From assembly GCF_009914755.1 (NCBI RefSeq), contig NC_060930.1: a stretch of DNA of 64,000 bases; one strand, given 5' to 3'. Position 1 is the first letter of the stretch, and every line of letters begins with the position of its first letter. A model generated the notes under the pieces. The model saw only the letters and a list, made by a program, of their open reading frames with translations, made no database searches and was not told the DNA's origin. The stretch comes from the human T2T-CHM13v2.0 reference genome, Homo sapiens. This document shows positions 56,077-64,000 of this stretch, in pieces. A program made the position numbers and the translations under genes.

Positions 56077-56159
56077 GGCTGAGACACTTTTAAAAGTAAT
56101 AATAGATAAGTACTTAATAAATGCTCAGAATTTACACAAGTTCAATGGTGCGCATTAGA

Positions 56160-57990
56160 TTGTTGTAGTTACAGGTCCTAATATTTTTCCCTATGCCACT
56201 GATTTGTTGGAAAAACAGTCATGTTTATTTGGATAACTACTTTACCATGGTGTCATTTAACTTTTTTCTCTAGTTCTCCATATATCCTATAAAGTGATCA
56301 TTAGATCTAGAGAATTATTTAAAGTTTAACTTCTTTTGTTTCGTTTCCTTTTTTTTTCCTTGGTAAAATAACTTCATAGTTGGTTGCCGCTGTCTACCTC
56401 CTATTGCATGAAGCACTATCTGGATGTCCCAATTTTAGTGGTGCTAAAGATCACTGGTCAGATGGTATCACACTGACCTCTCTAGTACGTAGTCCTCCCC
56501 ATCAACCTTTCACCTAATGATTTTAGCATCCATTAATGATCATTGCCTACATCCACTATTTCACTAAGGATTACCAAATTATGATTTTTCTGATTATAGC
56601 ATTTAGTTTGCATTTATTAGCTAGAATTCTTCTGTGAAGAACTTTTCCTCAGTAACATTTTAGTTACACTAAAATACAGTTTGTAAAGAAAAGGCTGGAA
56701 AAAAATGCTTAAATTTTCTTTTTATCAATTTGCATACTAACAAGTTGGTGTCCTAGTGACTTCAGCAGGTAACCGATAAAGTGTATTTTTTGTTTGTTTT
56801 CTGTTTTAGTGCCTTTTCAAACCCATGTTTTTTTTTATATACTTTATGTATGTCAATCCATTGCAGTCATTATTTTTCTGATTCTCAAATTGTCCATCTT
56901 AAGCCAGTAGGAGGCCCCTTCTGGTTGGCTCTGGGGTACTTTTGACACTATCCCATTGGTCTTAGATAGCTTCTAAAATGGTAAGATACCCCAGGATCAT
57001 CCTCCATACTTCCTGGCCCAGACCCAGAATCAGCCACTCCTGTCTCTTCTTAGAACAAAAAGATGTTTAGACAATACAGATAACAGCTCACAGTAAAGTA
57101 GTTGCTACCATTCCAGTGATAGTGCTGGGAAAAATATAACAAGAGAAAAATAAGTTCATAATTTTATTTCTATTATGAATTGAAGATTTAGGTTTCTTAT
57201 TTAACCTCTTTAACTTTATACTTTTATCTTTTTCTCTTATATTAAAAAATCTTAGTTCCTTATGACATTACTATAATTACTTATTTGCTCTGTTATAATT
57301 ATGTATAATAATTTCAAAACAGCAACAGCAATATTACTTCTAAACATACACTAAATGCAGTTTAAGATTACTTTGAGGAATTTTTTTTAACCTTAGAATA
57401 TATCCCACTGGAAATTTTCAATCAAAATTAGATTATTTGAAGTAATTCTTTTCTCTGCATGAATATGTCACTAACTCGATTGATATTTAAACTTACTAAT
57501 CCCTTTGTTTGCAGCTTTTAAATACTGTGGCTTCACTTTTTCTTTTTTTTTTCTGTTTTTTGTTTTTTGTTTTACATTTAGTATGTAAACAGCAAGATGA
57601 GTCCAAAGTCAAATCTAAGTATAATCAAGGTATAATCCTAGATATCTTGTTTCCATATCTGTTTCTCCACATTTTTCTCTCCCCTCTCCTAAAATTAACC
57701 ATTTTCATTAGTTTTCACTTTGTCCATTCATCATTCTCTTTTAAAAATATAAACAAATATGATCATTCATATTTCTTTGTATCATACAAAAGGTAGCATT
57801 CTATTAACATTCTTCTGTTCCTTTATTCACTTAACAACATATCCTGAAAATAACTCCACAGAAGTACACAAAAATATTCCCTTTTATAGACAGCTCAGTG
57901 CTCCATTGTGTAAACATAATTCAATCAACTAGCCTCTTCTTATTGAACATTTGAGATGATTCCAGTCTTCCATTAATATAAATAATCAGA
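56160..57990 (-). mobile_element. L1MC-type 3' region
   Basis: aaattgtccatcttaagccagtaggaggcccctt and acccagaatcagccac motifs. Confidence 0.6.
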
Positions 57991-58049
57991 ATCTATACTT
58001 TTAACTGGACCATGAAGATTCAGAAGAAAATCTAACATTTTATGCCTTA

Positions 58050-58481
<432 letters not shown>

Positions 58482-59463
58482 TTAATAATATCTATATAGA
58501 AAAAAACACTTAAATAGGGTTAAGTGGTAGACAATAAAAAGAAGTCTTGGAACTCATGACAAAGAATTAGTCTTCCTAATTTTAAAAACAGTTGTTATTG
58601 ATAAAGACCTCTAGTGAAATATGGCAGACTGAACATATACATTCACTGCTCCCTTCATAAATACTAAAATTCAAAGTAAAAGGATTTTCCAGTAGGCAAT
58701 AAAACCCCCAAAGACAAGGAGAATGGAAAGGATGTGGTAGTAAAATTTTAGAACCTGAAAATCAAAATAACAAGCAGCAATTCAGGACATAGAGAAACCT
58801 GAATTATCAGCCACAATGTGAAAAACAGAATAAACCTGATTCATTTTATAGAACCTCTCAAAAAACTCAAGAATTGGTGGTAACAAATATCTCTAAATTG
58901 GGGGGTAAAAGTGAAATTGAAAACAGAAGAGCTGCCTGAAAGCCAGTTTTAGGAGTCTGACCTCCAGATTCCCCCCAACATTTCATGCAGCTAACCCAGT
59001 GTGCTTCTTGAAAGGTAGGCAGAGCTCAAGAAATAGAAGACAACAGAGGGTATCACAGGATTCAATCGAAGTTTATATACTAACACTTGAGACCCATCAC
59101 CATTTCCACCCAGCCTTCTTCTCCCACTAGGCTTATACTCCTCAGGCAGCTAACAGTAAGAGGTTTCTCTATGGAATCCCTTAAGAACAAAGGAGAAACC
59201 AAATATACTGACATTAGGGGTTCCCAAACAAAATGCCACAGAAAGGGCCCACTAAAGTAAAGACCACAAATTACAAGTCCCACTTTCTTGTATCGTTTCC
59301 AAGCATCTTTTTACTGACTTTCAAATATTTGAATAAACCTCCAATTTAAAAAAGACCATGATGAGAAATACAGAAAGCAATTTAGAAGGAAAAAAGAAAA
59401 TATGACAGATTAAAGCTTTATTATCTTTATGTAGGTAAAAAGAACTTACACTCAAAAAAAAAT

Positions 59464-64000
<4,537 letters not shown>

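Overview
Primate (most likely human) genomic DNA, AT-rich and mostly interspersed repeats. The only host coding content I can support is seven minus-strand exons of TBC1D32 (BROMI/C6orf170), which splice GT-AG into one stop-free frame of 837 nt; the gene runs off both ends of the window. Most ORFs in the supplied track are Alu, L1, ERV or Tigger remnants, or chance frames. The introns hold four large primate L1s, seven Alus, a full-length Tigger1, MER52, MLT2A/HERV-L, THE1/MST/MLT1 LTRs, hAT MITEs and old L2/MIR/L1M. I found no convincing new gene system. The best leads are insertion and repair scars: a templated L1 insertion with a perfect hairpin at both junctions (30173-30349), a 15-bp target present three times (28190/29669/34984), a ~0.45 kb inversion with a 21-bp inverted duplication (43491-43954), a tail-less L1 fragment with an A-B-A'-B' junction (10460-10822), and a palindromic AT array beside a splice acceptor (54538-54655). 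Repeat subfamily names come from recalled consensus sequences, and boundaries without TSDs are approximate.
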